This document shows positions 55,081 to 64,000 of a DNA stretch of 64,000 nt, piece after piece. The stretch spans positions 1,456,249-1,520,248 of the forward strand of contig NZ_OZ245041.1 in assembly GCF_965224175.1 (NCBI RefSeq). Reading direction: 5' to 3'. The translations under genes and the position numbers were made by a program. Each line of letters opens with the position of its first letter. Positions within the stretch are counted from its first letter, which is position 1. The notes under the pieces were generated by a model. It saw only the letters and a list, made by a program, of their open reading frames with translations. It had not been told where the DNA came from and did no database searches. The DNA is from Kordia sp. Its GTDB lineage: Bacteria; Bacteroidota; Bacteroidia; Flavobacteriales; Flavobacteriaceae.

Positions 55081-56754
55081 ATGAAAAATTTTATTTTTAT
55101 GATCATTTTTGGCACCTTATTTTCCTTAAATGCTCAACAGAAAGATTCTCCCAAATTAGTCGTCGGAATTGTCGTAGATCAAATGAGTTATGAATACTTG
55201 TATCGCTTTTATGATAAATTCGGCGAAGAAGGTTTTAAGTTACTAATGAATCAAGGAACCAATTGTCGTAATATGCATTATAATTACGTTCCTACATTTA
55301 CAGGTCCTGGTCATGCTTCCATTTATACAGGTACCACACCAAGCAATCACGGAATTGTTGCTAACGATTGGTATCGTAGAAGTACTGGAAAAATTGAAAA
55401 TTGTGTTGCCGATTCTACAGTGCATACTATAGGTTCTAATACTGACCGTGGTGTTTTTTCTCCATTTAATCTAAAAGCAAATACTATTACAGATCAGTTG
55501 AAATTAACCTATGCAGATTCAAAAGTAATTTCAGTTTCTATTAAGGAACGAGGTTCTATTTTGCCAGGCGGTCATTTGAGCGATGGTTCGTATTGGTTTG
55601 ATTATGAAACAGGCAATTTTATTACGAGTTCTTTTTTTAAAGAAAAACTTCCAGATTGGATTGTAGATTTTAACGCAAAACGATATCCAGACGAAAGTCT
55701 TAAGAAAATATGGAATACCTATTATCCCATTGAACAATATACAGCAAGTGGTCCAGATGATTCTCCGTATGAATATCCTATAGGAAACACCACAAAACCT
55801 GTATTTCCATACGATTTAACAAAAATTATTATTGATAGAGATCAATTTAAAACCGAAGCCGAATATTTATATAATAAGTATTTAATTTTTACTACTTCTC
55901 CTTTTGCAAATACACATTTAACAAACTTGGCAATGACAGCTATTGAAGGAGAAGATTTAGGAAAAGACAATCAGACGGATATGCTTACGATTAGTTTTTC
56001 TTCTACAGATATTGTTGGACATTATTTTGGACCTTATGCAGTTGAATTGCAAGATATGTACATTAGACTTGATATGGAGATTGCACGACTTATTAAGTAT
56101 TTGAATAAAACAGTAGGTGAAAATGAATTCACAATTTTTCTGACTGCCGATCATGGTATTGTTCCTGTTCCACAGTTTATGTTAGATCATAATCTTCCAG
56201 GAGGTTATCTTTTTACCGATGGACCAGAAGCTGAATTACGCAAATCTGTAGCGAATAAATTCGGAACCGATGTGATTAGTGAACTTAATAATAATAATAT
56301 TTATTTGAATAGACCTGAAATTGCTAGACTTGGTTTGAATTTGAGTGAAGTTGCCGATTTTGTTTCTGATGAAGTAAGACAATGGGATCATATGAAACGT
56401 GTGTATACTGAGGATGAATTGTATATTGCTGCTAGTGATGACGAATGGATGGACATGGTAAGAAGAGGACACTTCAATGTAGAAAGCGGAGATTTAATTT
56501 TTATACTGCAACCTGGATATTTGCCAAAATCAAAAGATATAAAAGAAGCTAGGATGGGAACAACACACGGATCTCAATTTAATTATGACACGCAAGTTCC
56601 GTTGTTGTGGTATGGAAAAAATATTCCAGCTCAAGAAATACATCGTCATTTGAATATTACAGATATTTCAGCAACACTGACACAGATATTATATCTACAG
56701 AGTCCGAATGCATTGACAGGAAAACCGATACTTGAAATTTTAGATAAGAAGTAA
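55081..56754 (+). CDS. pafA: PafA-type alkaline phosphatase (nucleotide pyrophosphatase/phosphodiesterase superfamily)
   Basis: VVGIVVDQM, PTFTGPGHASIYTG (Thr nucleophile), SSTDIVGH.FGP, TADHG, GTTHGS. Confidence 0.9.
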   Translation: MKNFIFMIIFGTLFSLNAQQKDSPKLVVGIVVDQMSYEYLYRFYDKFGEEGFKLLMNQGTNCRNMHYNYVPTFTGPGHASIYTGTTPSNHGIVANDWYRRSTGKIENCVADSTVHTIGSNTDRGVFSPFNLKANTITDQLKLTYADSKVISVSIKERGSILPGGHLSDGSYWFDYETGNFITSSFFKEKLPDWIVDFNAKRYPDESLKKIWNTYYPIEQYTASGPDDSPYEYPIGNTTKPVFPYDLTKIIIDRDQFKTEAEYLYNKYLIFTTSPFANTHLTNLAMTAIEGEDLGKDNQTDMLTISFSSTDIVGHYFGPYAVELQDMYIRLDMEIARLIKYLNKTVGENEFTIFLTADHGIVPVPQFMLDHNLPGGYLFTDGPEAELRKSVANKFGTDVISELNNNNIYLNRPEIARLGLNLSEVADFVSDEVRQWDHMKRVYTEDELYIAASDDEWMDMVRRGHFNVESGDLIFILQPGYLPKSKDIKEARMGTTHGSQFNYDTQVPLLWYGKNIPAQEIHRHLNITDISATLTQILYLQSPNALTGKPILEILDKK

Positions 56755-56780
56755 CTTTGTTTCAAGATCGTTATAATTAA

Positions 56781-56824
56781 AAAATACTTTTAGAAGACTT
56801 TTGTAAGTCCTTTAAAAGTATTTT
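56781..56824. terminator. Bidirectional terminator between pafA and the kinase
   Basis: AAAATACTTTTA..GACTT-TTGT-AAGTC..TAAAAGTATTTT. Confidence 0.75.
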
Positions 56825-56848
56825 TTTATCTAGATTTCAGTTAAATTA

Positions 56849-57856
56849 TCAGTCTAACACTTTATACATTTCTATCCACTTTTTTACAAAAGTGATGGCT
56901 TCATCAAAGTATTGATCGTGTATCCATGATTTTCCCCAAGCTGAAATTCCATCAACATGCACACCTAAAAGCCAAATATGTCTTATAACAACAAAGACAT
57001 TGGCTGCTTTTATTTCATCTTCACTGAGTGATTTTACACTGGAATAACCTTCTAAAAATGCTTTCCAAAGAAGCAATCTCTTGTCTAAATGTTCTTGTTC
57101 CCAATTGTTGTTGGGCACACAACTCCAAAGAAAAACAGAAATATCATACGCGCGCCATCCATAGCCAAAGCAATCAAAGTCAAAAACAGAAATTTTACCA
57201 TGTTCATCTGAAAAAATATTCCCATAATGAAAATCACCATGACAAATACCATAATCTAATGCTGATTGAGATTGTATGTCAGAGATTTTAGCACGTAATG
57301 CAGTTGCCGTCGCTTTTAAATAATTGAAATCAGCTTCTCGGTGTTTTAAAAATGGTTGTACTTGTTCTAGCGGAATATCTAGTAAATGTTCCATATTGAG
57401 TTCAAACCGTTCTAGTTTTTTCATTTTATCGGAAGTCTTGTGTATAGACGCCACTACTCTTCCGTAATTTCTGCTTGTAGAAACATCTAATTCTTTGATG
57501 CTTTTTCCTTTTGCTGATTCAAACAAAACAACATAGCGAATTCCTTCTGGAGCATTAATTTCTAGGATATACTCATCTTGCTTATTTCGAATAGGAATCG
57601 CAACTTCAATATTGTTTTTATGAAGATAATTGATGAGTTCTAACTCTGAAGTAATATCATTTTTTGTTCTCCATTGATTCGTATATATACGCAAATAGTA
57701 TGTGTTTCCTTCGTCTAAAACTTCATACGTATCATTCAGTCCTGGTTTGAAAAGCATGCATTCGCAAGCAGGATTTAAGTTGAACTGCGACAGAATGTGT
57801 TTTTTTATACCTTCGTTTGTAAAGGTTGATTTATAGGTAGGAAATATTTCTTTCAT
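56849..57856 (-). CDS. APH / homoserine kinase type II-like phosphotransferase
   Basis: G.NDTY, YYLRIY, CHGDFHYGN (Brenner motif), FDFD. Start moved to MKEIFP (57856), 13 nt after the NRPS stop. Confidence 0.85.
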   Translation of the reverse strand: MKEIFPTYKSTFTNEGIKKHILSQFNLNPACECMLFKPGLNDTYEVLDEGNTYYLRIYTNQWRTKNDITSELELINYLHKNNIEVAIPIRNKQDEYILEINAPEGIRYVVLFESAKGKSIKELDVSTSRNYGRVVASIHKTSDKMKKLERFELNMEHLLDIPLEQVQPFLKHREADFNYLKATATALRAKISDIQSQSALDYGICHGDFHYGNIFSDEHGKISVFDFDCFGYGWRAYDISVFLWSCVPNNNWEQEHLDKRLLLWKAFLEGYSSVKSLSEDEIKAANVFVVIRHIWLLGVHVDGISAWGKSWIHDQYFDEAITFVKKWIEMYKVLD

Positions 57857-57869
57857 AGTTTGGTTTTCA

Positions 57870-60800
57870 TTAGAAGCGTACACTGCTGACAATATTTGTT
57901 TCTAAACTTAGTTTTTGTTGCTTATGTATAAGTTGATTTGAGTATTCGTCATTTTCAAAGACATGCGTAATGATGTTTCCATGATGACAATCTACATTAA
58001 TGACTTCTAAATTTTCAACGAATTGTTTTACATTATTATCTGCTAAGGTTTGAATATACGCCTGAATTTCATCACTGCCTTCAAAATCAATTCGTGTATC
58101 GTGTTGCAATGCTTTGAATAGAACTACGCGACTTCTTGTCAATATTCCAGAAATCGGTTGTTTGCTAATTTTATGTTCAGCTGCAGCTGCTCTCATTACA
58201 TTGGCTACATAAGTTTCGTCATAACCATCGGCAATCATTTGTGCAGTAGCTATTTTAGTATTTTCAATTTCGTCATACCTATCTAACAATGCTAACAAAT
58301 GTGCATCTCTGATCAATGTATCTAGTAAATACACATTTATATTTCTACATCCTTTTTGTTCTAGAATGTAAGCCATTTCCAGTGCAATTTGTCCTCCTAA
58401 CGACCAAGCACATAGATTGATAGTTTCTGTTAGATTTTTTGTAAGCAACTCATTTACATACTTTTCTGCTAGTAAATTTAGGTTTGAAATAGAATCTTCA
58501 TTCACAATATTATAATTGTCAATTCCGTACGAGTTCATATTGTTTCGGAGCTTATTCGCTAACTCTGTATACACTTCACAACCGCTTTTAGCTGGATGCA
58601 CAAATAAAAGATTTTTTTCGTTAGCTAAATCGACATTCATCTTTTTGATAAGTGTATTTGATGATCGCTTTTTAGGTACATTTAAAAGTAAATTCTCAAT
58701 ACTTTTATGTTTAAACAAATCCGCAATACTCAACTCTTCTCCTTCGGTAGAAAAAGCTTTATTCATTTTAACAATTAGCTTTATGGCTAAAATAGAGTTT
58801 CCTCCTATCTGAAAGAAATCATCTGTAATTCCAACTTTTTCTATGCTTAAAACTTCTTGCCATATAGAACAGAGATTAATTTCTACATCAGTACTTGGAG
58901 CTTTGTACAATTCTTCATTCACAAATTCTGCATCAGGCAATGCTTTACGATCTAACTTACCATTAACTGTCAACGAAAAATGATCTAGTGCAACCAAAAT
59001 ACTAGGAATCATATAATCAGGAAGTTGATCTGACAAATGTGCTTGTATTTTTTCTTTATCAACTTTTCCATCGGAAACATAATAACCCACTAAATATGTA
59101 TGATCATTTTTTTGTTTTGCCAATACACAAGCCTGCTTAACACCTTCTACTGCTCTTAGCGTATTTTCTATTTCGCCTAATTCTATTCGATAACCTCTTA
59201 TTTTTATTTGGAAATCATTTCTACCAATGTATTCTATATTTCCATTAGCTAGCCATCTTACTAAATCGCCTGTTTTGTAGAGTTTTATATAACCATTTGT
59301 TTGATCTTTTTCCGTTGCAAATGGGTTTTCAATAAACCTTTCCGCACTGAGTTCTGGTCGATGTAAATAACCACGAGTTAAATCTACACCACTAATAAAC
59401 AATTCACCTTGAACGCCTACAGGGACTGGTTGATAGTTATCATCTAGAACATAAAATTTAATATTCTGAATTGGTTTTCCGATGTGAACTAAATCAATAT
59501 CTGCTTGAATGTCATCGTAAGCGCTTACATCAATTGCTACTTCTGTAGGACCATAAAGATTGTTTAGTTTTATTGTAGGAAATAGATTTTTAAAATCATT
59601 CACCAATTGCAATGGAAGTGCTTCTCCACTACAAAAAACTTGCTGTACAGCATGTAGCGATTGTGATGATTTACTTTCTAAATGAGCCACAAAACCATGC
59701 AACATACTTGGTACAAAATGTAACTTTGTAACTGATTGATCGTTTAGTACATGATGCAAATACTCAGGATCTTTGTGTCCGTTTACTTTCGCAAAAATCA
59801 ACTTACTTCCAGAGATAAGAGGCAATAATAATTCCCATACAGAAACATCAAAAACATATGGCGTTTTCTGTAGTATTGTATCAGATTCATTAAAGTTATA
59901 TGCTTCTTTTTGCCATAACAATCTATTCACTAAAAGTTGATGTGTCACCATCGCGCCTTTTGGTTTCCCTGTAGTTCCAGAAGTATAGATTACATAGGCT
60001 ACATCTGTAGCTATGTGCTGATTCGTAACATTTGTTGTTGTGTTGTGTTGGTAACAATTTGAATCTAAAGTTATCAAACGAACTGCGTTGATTTGCTGTA
60101 AATTTTCCGCCAAATGAGATTGCGTCAATACAACTTCTGTTTTGGTATCTTCAATGATATAATTGATTCTTTCCGCAGGATATTCAGGATCTATCGGAAC
60201 ATACGCAGCTCCAGATTTCATGATTCCTAATATGCCAATGATCATTTCCAAGCTTCTATCTAAACATAAAGCGACCAAAGTATCTGATGTAATGGTTATT
60301 TCTGATTGTAGATATCTTGCCAATTGATTTGCTTTCGCATTTAATTCAGCATATGTCAGCGTTTCGCCTTCAAATGAAACTGCAATAGCATTTGGTGTTT
60401 GTAAAACCTGCTTTTCAAACAATTCATAAATCGTTTTGTCTTCTGGATATGGTGTTTCTGTCTGGTTCCAATCTACAACGATCTGTTGGTATTCTGCTTC
60501 GGTAATCGTTGACAGCTCTGTGTGTTTTTCATCTAAATTTGAAGGTAACTGATTTAGTAATAATTCAATCTTGCTCAAATTGAAAGTAGCTTGTTTTCGG
60601 TCTAAAATACTTTGATCTGATTTTAAGTTGATCACTAACTTTTCTCCTTGTTCGTATGCTGTAATTCCTATTGGATAATCTAATTTTTCTACGCCATAAC
60701 GAAATTCAGGATGTAGCTTATCGTCACCTTCTTGTTTTGCATCAGACATCGGATAGTTTTCAAATACTAGCAAACTATGAAACAATCGTTTTCCTTCTTT

Positions 60801-63800
60801 TTGCAAGTCCGCAAGATTCGCAAAACTGTGACTGTTAATATCTGTAATTTGCTGATGTACGTACTGAATTTGTTCCAAGATTGTATTGTCATTGGTCCAA
60901 TCAATAATTAATGGCAAAGTATTAATGTACAATCCAACACTTTCTTCAATACCATGAACTGGAATATCTCTTCCTGAAACTGTAGTTCCAACAATAGTTT
61001 GCTTGTCTTGTGTGTATTCCTGAATCAATTTGTGCCAAGCAAATTGAACCAAGGTATTTAGTGTAAGTCCTGTAGTTTTTGTTAGTTTTTTCAATGCATG
61101 ATATTCGCTTCCTGAAATTTCAATGGCTGTATCTAAAGGACTTTCTAGCGATTTCACTGTATCTAAATCCTGTTTGTGCGACAATAATGGCGATAAATCA
61201 TTGGTTTGTGCTATGGTTTTAACCTTCGTTTGCCAATAGTCAGCAACACTTTGTTTTTTATTGGATACATAAAGTTGCGCTTCCAAATAAGAAGTGTCTA
61301 CTTTGACAGCAACTTTTTGATTTTGTTGCAACTGTTCATAATGATTGTGAACCGTATTTAATAAAACTGGTCCGCTCCAACCATCAGAAATACTGTGATG
61401 TTCAGATTTTAATATGGTGTAATGTGTCGCTGATTGTTTGATGATGTACAATCGAAGTAAACACGGAACGCTTAAATCAAAAGCAATTTGCCTATCTTTT
61501 TCTTGTAGTTCAACAAGATACTTATTGCGTGCTTCTTCAGTTAAATGACTTATATCTAACAATTCAGAATTCAAGCTAGCTTTGCGATAAATTACTTGAA
61601 TGATATCTTCTTCCCAATTGAATCCTGTTCTGAGAATTGGGTACTTTTTAATCGCTAATTTCCAAGACTTAATATAATTCTCAACATGTAGCGGTTGTTT
61701 GTAATCAAATAAAATCTGTACGCGATATGCATCGTCTTCTTTTTGACTCAATGCATGATATACAAATCCTTGTTGTAAGCTATTCGCTGGATATATGGCT
61801 TCTATTTGTCTGTCTTTCTGCAAATTGTCTAATAGATTTTGTGAAATGGTAACTGTACCAAAATCACTTGGCGTGTGCTTTGTTTCTTTGCTTTTGATTT
61901 TGTCTAAACAGTGTTTGATGACTGCTGATAAATGCTGCTCAAAGTTGGCTGCGAAGCGTTTTGTTTGTTTTGATCCTAATCTGCTATCTATTCGAAAACG
62001 CAATTTGCCTTCTACAACCATTCCATTAATGTTGATTAATGTTGTATCTTCATTTTCATCATGAATCGCCATGCCTGCATCTTCAGACACAACTTGCCAG
62101 TATTCGTCTTTGCTATCAAATTGACCTAAGTAATTGAAACTTATTCTTGGTAAATTGATCATTTCCTCAGGAAAAATTGCGCCAAATCCAATGCCTTTGT
62201 TTGGAATCTTACGAAGGTTTTCTTTGATCGATTTGATACTTGACGAAATCGTATCTTCTAATTGTAATTCAACAGGATACAACGTTGTAAACCAACCAAC
62301 AGTTGCACTGTGATCAATGGTTTCATTTAATGCTTCTCTTCCATGACCTTCTAAGGTAATGAATTGGTTATTAGAACTGTTCCAATCTTGAAGCGTGAAG
62401 CCTAAAGCAGTTAATAATAAATCATTTACTTCTGTATGATAGGCTTTGTTTGCTTTTCGTAATAGATTTTTTGTTTGCTTTTTGTTGAGTTTGGTTTTTC
62501 CTGTAGAAACTTCTTTTTCTTCAATTTTCAAAGGAACAATGCTTTGTAATAGATTGTTCCAATATGTTCTTTCTGTTGGATGCTTCTCTTCATATTGTGA
62601 CACTTCTTCAACCCATTGACGATAACTACTTGATTTGCTTTCAAGTGTTTTTCCTTCATATAAAGATTTGATATCTTCAATTAAGATTCGCCAAGAAACC
62701 GTATCAATGATTAAATGGTGAAAAGCAAAAAATAAGCGTGCGCTTTTGTCTTCATATCCTTCAAGATATGCCGATGTCCACAACGGAATTTCATGAATAT
62801 CAAAATTACTTTGTAGCGCTGTTAGTTTAGTAGCGATTTCTTTTTCTGATAGATTTTCTACATTTAAAACTGAAATTTCTGGAACTTCAATTTCTGAGAG
62901 ATAACGCTGATTTCTATCTCCAAAAATCAAACGCAATACATCATGTTGCGTCACAATTGCTTCTATTATTTCTTGAAGTTTTTCTGTATTTAATTTTGGA
63001 ACTTTTAATAGAAAACTTTGATTCCAATGATTGAATTTCCCGAATTGACCACGTTGCTTTTTATCAAAAAACCATTTTTGCACAGGAAGCAAATCAAAGG
63101 TTCCTTCTAGCAAACCTTGTTCGGCAGTAATGGCAACTGTTTTTACATCTTCAGCAATGAAAAGTGCTAATTTTGAAATGGTTCGATGATCAAAAATGGC
63201 GCGAACACTACAATTGAGTCCTTGTTTTCTCAGTCTTGAACTTAATTGAATACTTAAGATAGAATCGCCGCCGATACGGAAGAAATCATCAGAAACACCA
63301 ATTTTTTCAAGATTTAAAACTTCTTGCCAAACTTCACATATTTTAATCTCCAAATCAGTGCTTGGCGCTTCATAAGATTCTTCACTGACAAACTCAGCTT
63401 CTGGTAAAGCTTTTCGATCTAATTTATTATTAATTGTTAAAGGAAAGTATTCCAATTCAACCAAAATACTCGGAACCATATAATCAGGAAGCTGAGCAGA
63501 AAGATGTTCTAAAATTTCTTCCTGACCTACCATTTCATCGGAAACATAATAACCAATTAAGTATTTATTACCATTTCGTTCTTTGGCTAATACACAACAT
63601 TGTTTGATGTTTTTAATAGCACTGATTCTATTTTCAATTTCTCCTAATTCTATACGATAACCTCTTATTTTTACTTGAAAATCATTGCGTCCCATGTATT
63701 CCATGTCTCCGTCTGGAAGCAAGCGTACCAAGTCGCCTGTTTTATACAAACGCGTGTACCCTTTTTCTATATCTGATTGACTTGCAAATGGATTTTTAAT

Positions 63801-64000
63801 GAATTTCTTCGCTGTGAGTTCAGGTTTATTTAAATATCCACGCGCCAATCCTGCACCGCCAATATGCAATTCGCCCACAACACCAACTGGCACAGGTTTG
63901 TTGGTAGCATCTAATACATAGCTTGATAAATCATTTATGGCTTTTCCTATGTTTGAAGACGCTTTTTCATCTTCAAATACTTCTTTGTACGTAACATGAA
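57870..64000 (-). CDS. Non-ribosomal peptide synthetase, 5' part outside the window: [A end]-PCP-E-C-A(Ser)-PCP-TE
   Basis: The frame stays open to the window edge (the ORF-track M at 63893 is an internal GTG). PCP GGDSI; E domain HHLIIDTVSW and EGHGRE; C domain HHSISDGWS; A domain YTSGTTGKPKG; PCP GGNSI; TE HPAKSG and AWSLGG. Confidence 0.95.
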   Translation of the reverse strand, partial: HVTYKEVFEDEKASSNIGKAINDLSSYVLDATNKPVPVGVVGELHIGGAGLARGYLNKPELTAKKFIKNPFASQSDIEKGYTRLYKTGDLVRLLPDGDMEYMGRNDFQVKIRGYRIELGEIENRISAIKNIKQCCVLAKERNGNKYLIGYYVSDEMVGQEEILEHLSAQLPDYMVPSILVELEYFPLTINNKLDRKALPEAEFVSEESYEAPSTDLEIKICEVWQEVLNLEKIGVSDDFFRIGGDSILSIQLSSRLRKQGLNCSVRAIFDHRTISKLALFIAEDVKTVAITAEQGLLEGTFDLLPVQKWFFDKKQRGQFGKFNHWNQSFLLKVPKLNTEKLQEIIEAIVTQHDVLRLIFGDRNQRYLSEIEVPEISVLNVENLSEKEIATKLTALQSNFDIHEIPLWTSAYLEGYEDKSARLFFAFHHLIIDTVSWRILIEDIKSLYEGKTLESKSSSYRQWVEEVSQYEEKHPTERTYWNNLLQSIVPLKIEEKEVSTGKTKLNKKQTKNLLRKANKAYHTEVNDLLLTALGFTLQDWNSSNNQFITLEGHGREALNETIDHSATVGWFTTLYPVELQLEDTISSSIKSIKENLRKIPNKGIGFGAIFPEEMINLPRISFNYLGQFDSKDEYWQVVSEDAGMAIHDENEDTTLININGMVVEGKLRFRIDSRLGSKQTKRFAANFEQHLSAVIKHCLDKIKSKETKHTPSDFGTVTISQNLLDNLQKDRQIEAIYPANSLQQGFVYHALSQKEDDAYRVQILFDYKQPLHVENYIKSWKLAIKKYPILRTGFNWEEDIIQVIYRKASLNSELLDISHLTEEARNKYLVELQEKDRQIAFDLSVPCLLRLYIIKQSATHYTILKSEHHSISDGWSGPVLLNTVHNHYEQLQQNQKVAVKVDTSYLEAQLYVSNKKQSVADYWQTKVKTIAQTNDLSPLLSHKQDLDTVKSLESPLDTAIEISGSEYHALKKLTKTTGLTLNTLVQFAWHKLIQEYTQDKQTIVGTTVSGRDIPVHGIEESVGLYINTLPLIIDWTNDNTILEQIQYVHQQITDINSHSFANLADLQKEGKRLFHSLLVFENYPMSDAKQEGDDKLHPEFRYGVEKLDYPIGITAYEQGEKLVINLKSDQSILDRKQATFNLSKIELLLNQLPSNLDEKHTELSTITEAEYQQIVVDWNQTETPYPEDKTIYELFEKQVLQTPNAIAVSFEGETLTYAELNAKANQLARYLQSEITITSDTLVALCLDRSLEMIIGILGIMKSGAAYVPIDPEYPAERINYIIEDTKTEVVLTQSHLAENLQQINAVRLITLDSNCYQHNTTTNVTNQHIATDVAYVIYTSGTTGKPKGAMVTHQLLVNRLLWQKEAYNFNESDTILQKTPYVFDVSVWELLLPLISGSKLIFAKVNGHKDPEYLHHVLNDQSVTKLHFVPSMLHGFVAHLESKSSQSLHAVQQVFCSGEALPLQLVNDFKNLFPTIKLNNLYGPTEVAIDVSAYDDIQADIDLVHIGKPIQNIKFYVLDDNYQPVPVGVQGELFISGVDLTRGYLHRPELSAERFIENPFATEKDQTNGYIKLYKTGDLVRWLANGNIEYIGRNDFQIKIRGYRIELGEIENTLRAVEGVKQACVLAKQKNDHTYLVGYYVSDGKVDKEKIQAHLSDQLPDYMIPSILVALDHFSLTVNGKLDRKALPDAEFVNEELYKAPSTDVEINLCSIWQEVLSIEKVGITDDFFQIGGNSILAIKLIVKMNKAFSTEGEELSIADLFKHKSIENLLLNVPKKRSSNTLIKKMNVDLANEKNLLFVHPAKSGCEVYTELANKLRNNMNSYGIDNYNIVNEDSISNLNLLAEKYVNELLTKNLTETINLCAWSLGGQIALEMAYILEQKGCRNINVYLLDTLIRDAHLLALLDRYDEIENTKIATAQMIADGYDETYVANVMRAAAAEHKISKQPISGILTRSRVVLFKALQHDTRIDFEGSDEIQAYIQTLADNNVKQFVENLEVINVDCHHGNIITHVFENDEYSNQLIHKQQKLSLETNIVSSVRF

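Noticed and set aside
58770-58830. Terminal PCP motif GGNSI as an inactive carrier domain
   Set aside because: The phosphopantetheinylated Ser is retained, and GNS variants occur in functional PCPs.
1912-62064. The many short (60-115 aa) ORFs in the track that lie antisense to or overlap long genes (e.g. 2700, 4037, 10313, 13893, 22495, 27092, 44700, 58516, 61795)
   Set aside because: They are shadows of well-supported genes on the other strand or frame, with no motifs and no independent promoter or terminator.
58800-63893. Similarity between ~58800-59430 and ~63250-63890 as a duplication or assembly error
   Set aside because: This is the expected homology between the A-domain C-termini and PCPs of successive NRPS modules, with many substitutions.
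1-64000. tRNA, rRNA, CRISPR array, integrase or transposase genes
   Set aside because: No cloverleaf/T-loop signatures, rRNA-like GC-rich tracts, repeat-spacer arrays or recombinase motifs were seen by eye; tRNAscan-SE or Infernal would be needed to exclude them formally.

Overview
AT-rich Flavobacteriaceae chromosomal window (Kordia-like; inferred from gene content, Bacteroidota TAnnTTTG promoters and codon style; no database search was run). The left part (1-23.5 kb) is mostly core genome. It holds an HTTM/imelysin/DUF4856 iron-uptake locus, a probable capA-capB sulfonolipid pair, oligopeptidase B, YbaB, two orphan double-glycine Cys-rich peptide genes, a repeat-rich OmpA protein, ltaE, a zincin, prfB with its +1 frameshift, and a TonB-dependent receptor. 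The right part is accessory: (i) a TetR/SDR/AraC redox cluster; (ii) an unannotated lanthipeptide-like gene divergent from three paralogues sharing the C-terminal motif (N/D)PxT(S/T)RGTVTTVK(R/K)PM, followed by a TPR histidine kinase and a LytTR regulator; (iii) an N-acylamino-acid racemase / D-aminoacylase / GNAT / cysteine dioxygenase operon; (iv) a polymorphic-toxin-like lipoprotein locus with a recent ~1.34 kb duplication; (v) sbtA with a LysR regulator; (vi) the strongest novelty candidate, a RiPP-like operon of a TonB-dependent barrel, an 87-aa precursor, an FxsB-type radical SAM/SPASM enzyme and four tandem HxD...H non-heme-iron oxygenase-like paralogues; (vii) the 3' end of an NRPS (A-PCP-E-C-A[Ser]-PCP-TE) followed by a kinase that converges on an alkaline phosphatase. 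No rRNA, tRNA, CRISPR array or intact transposase was seen.
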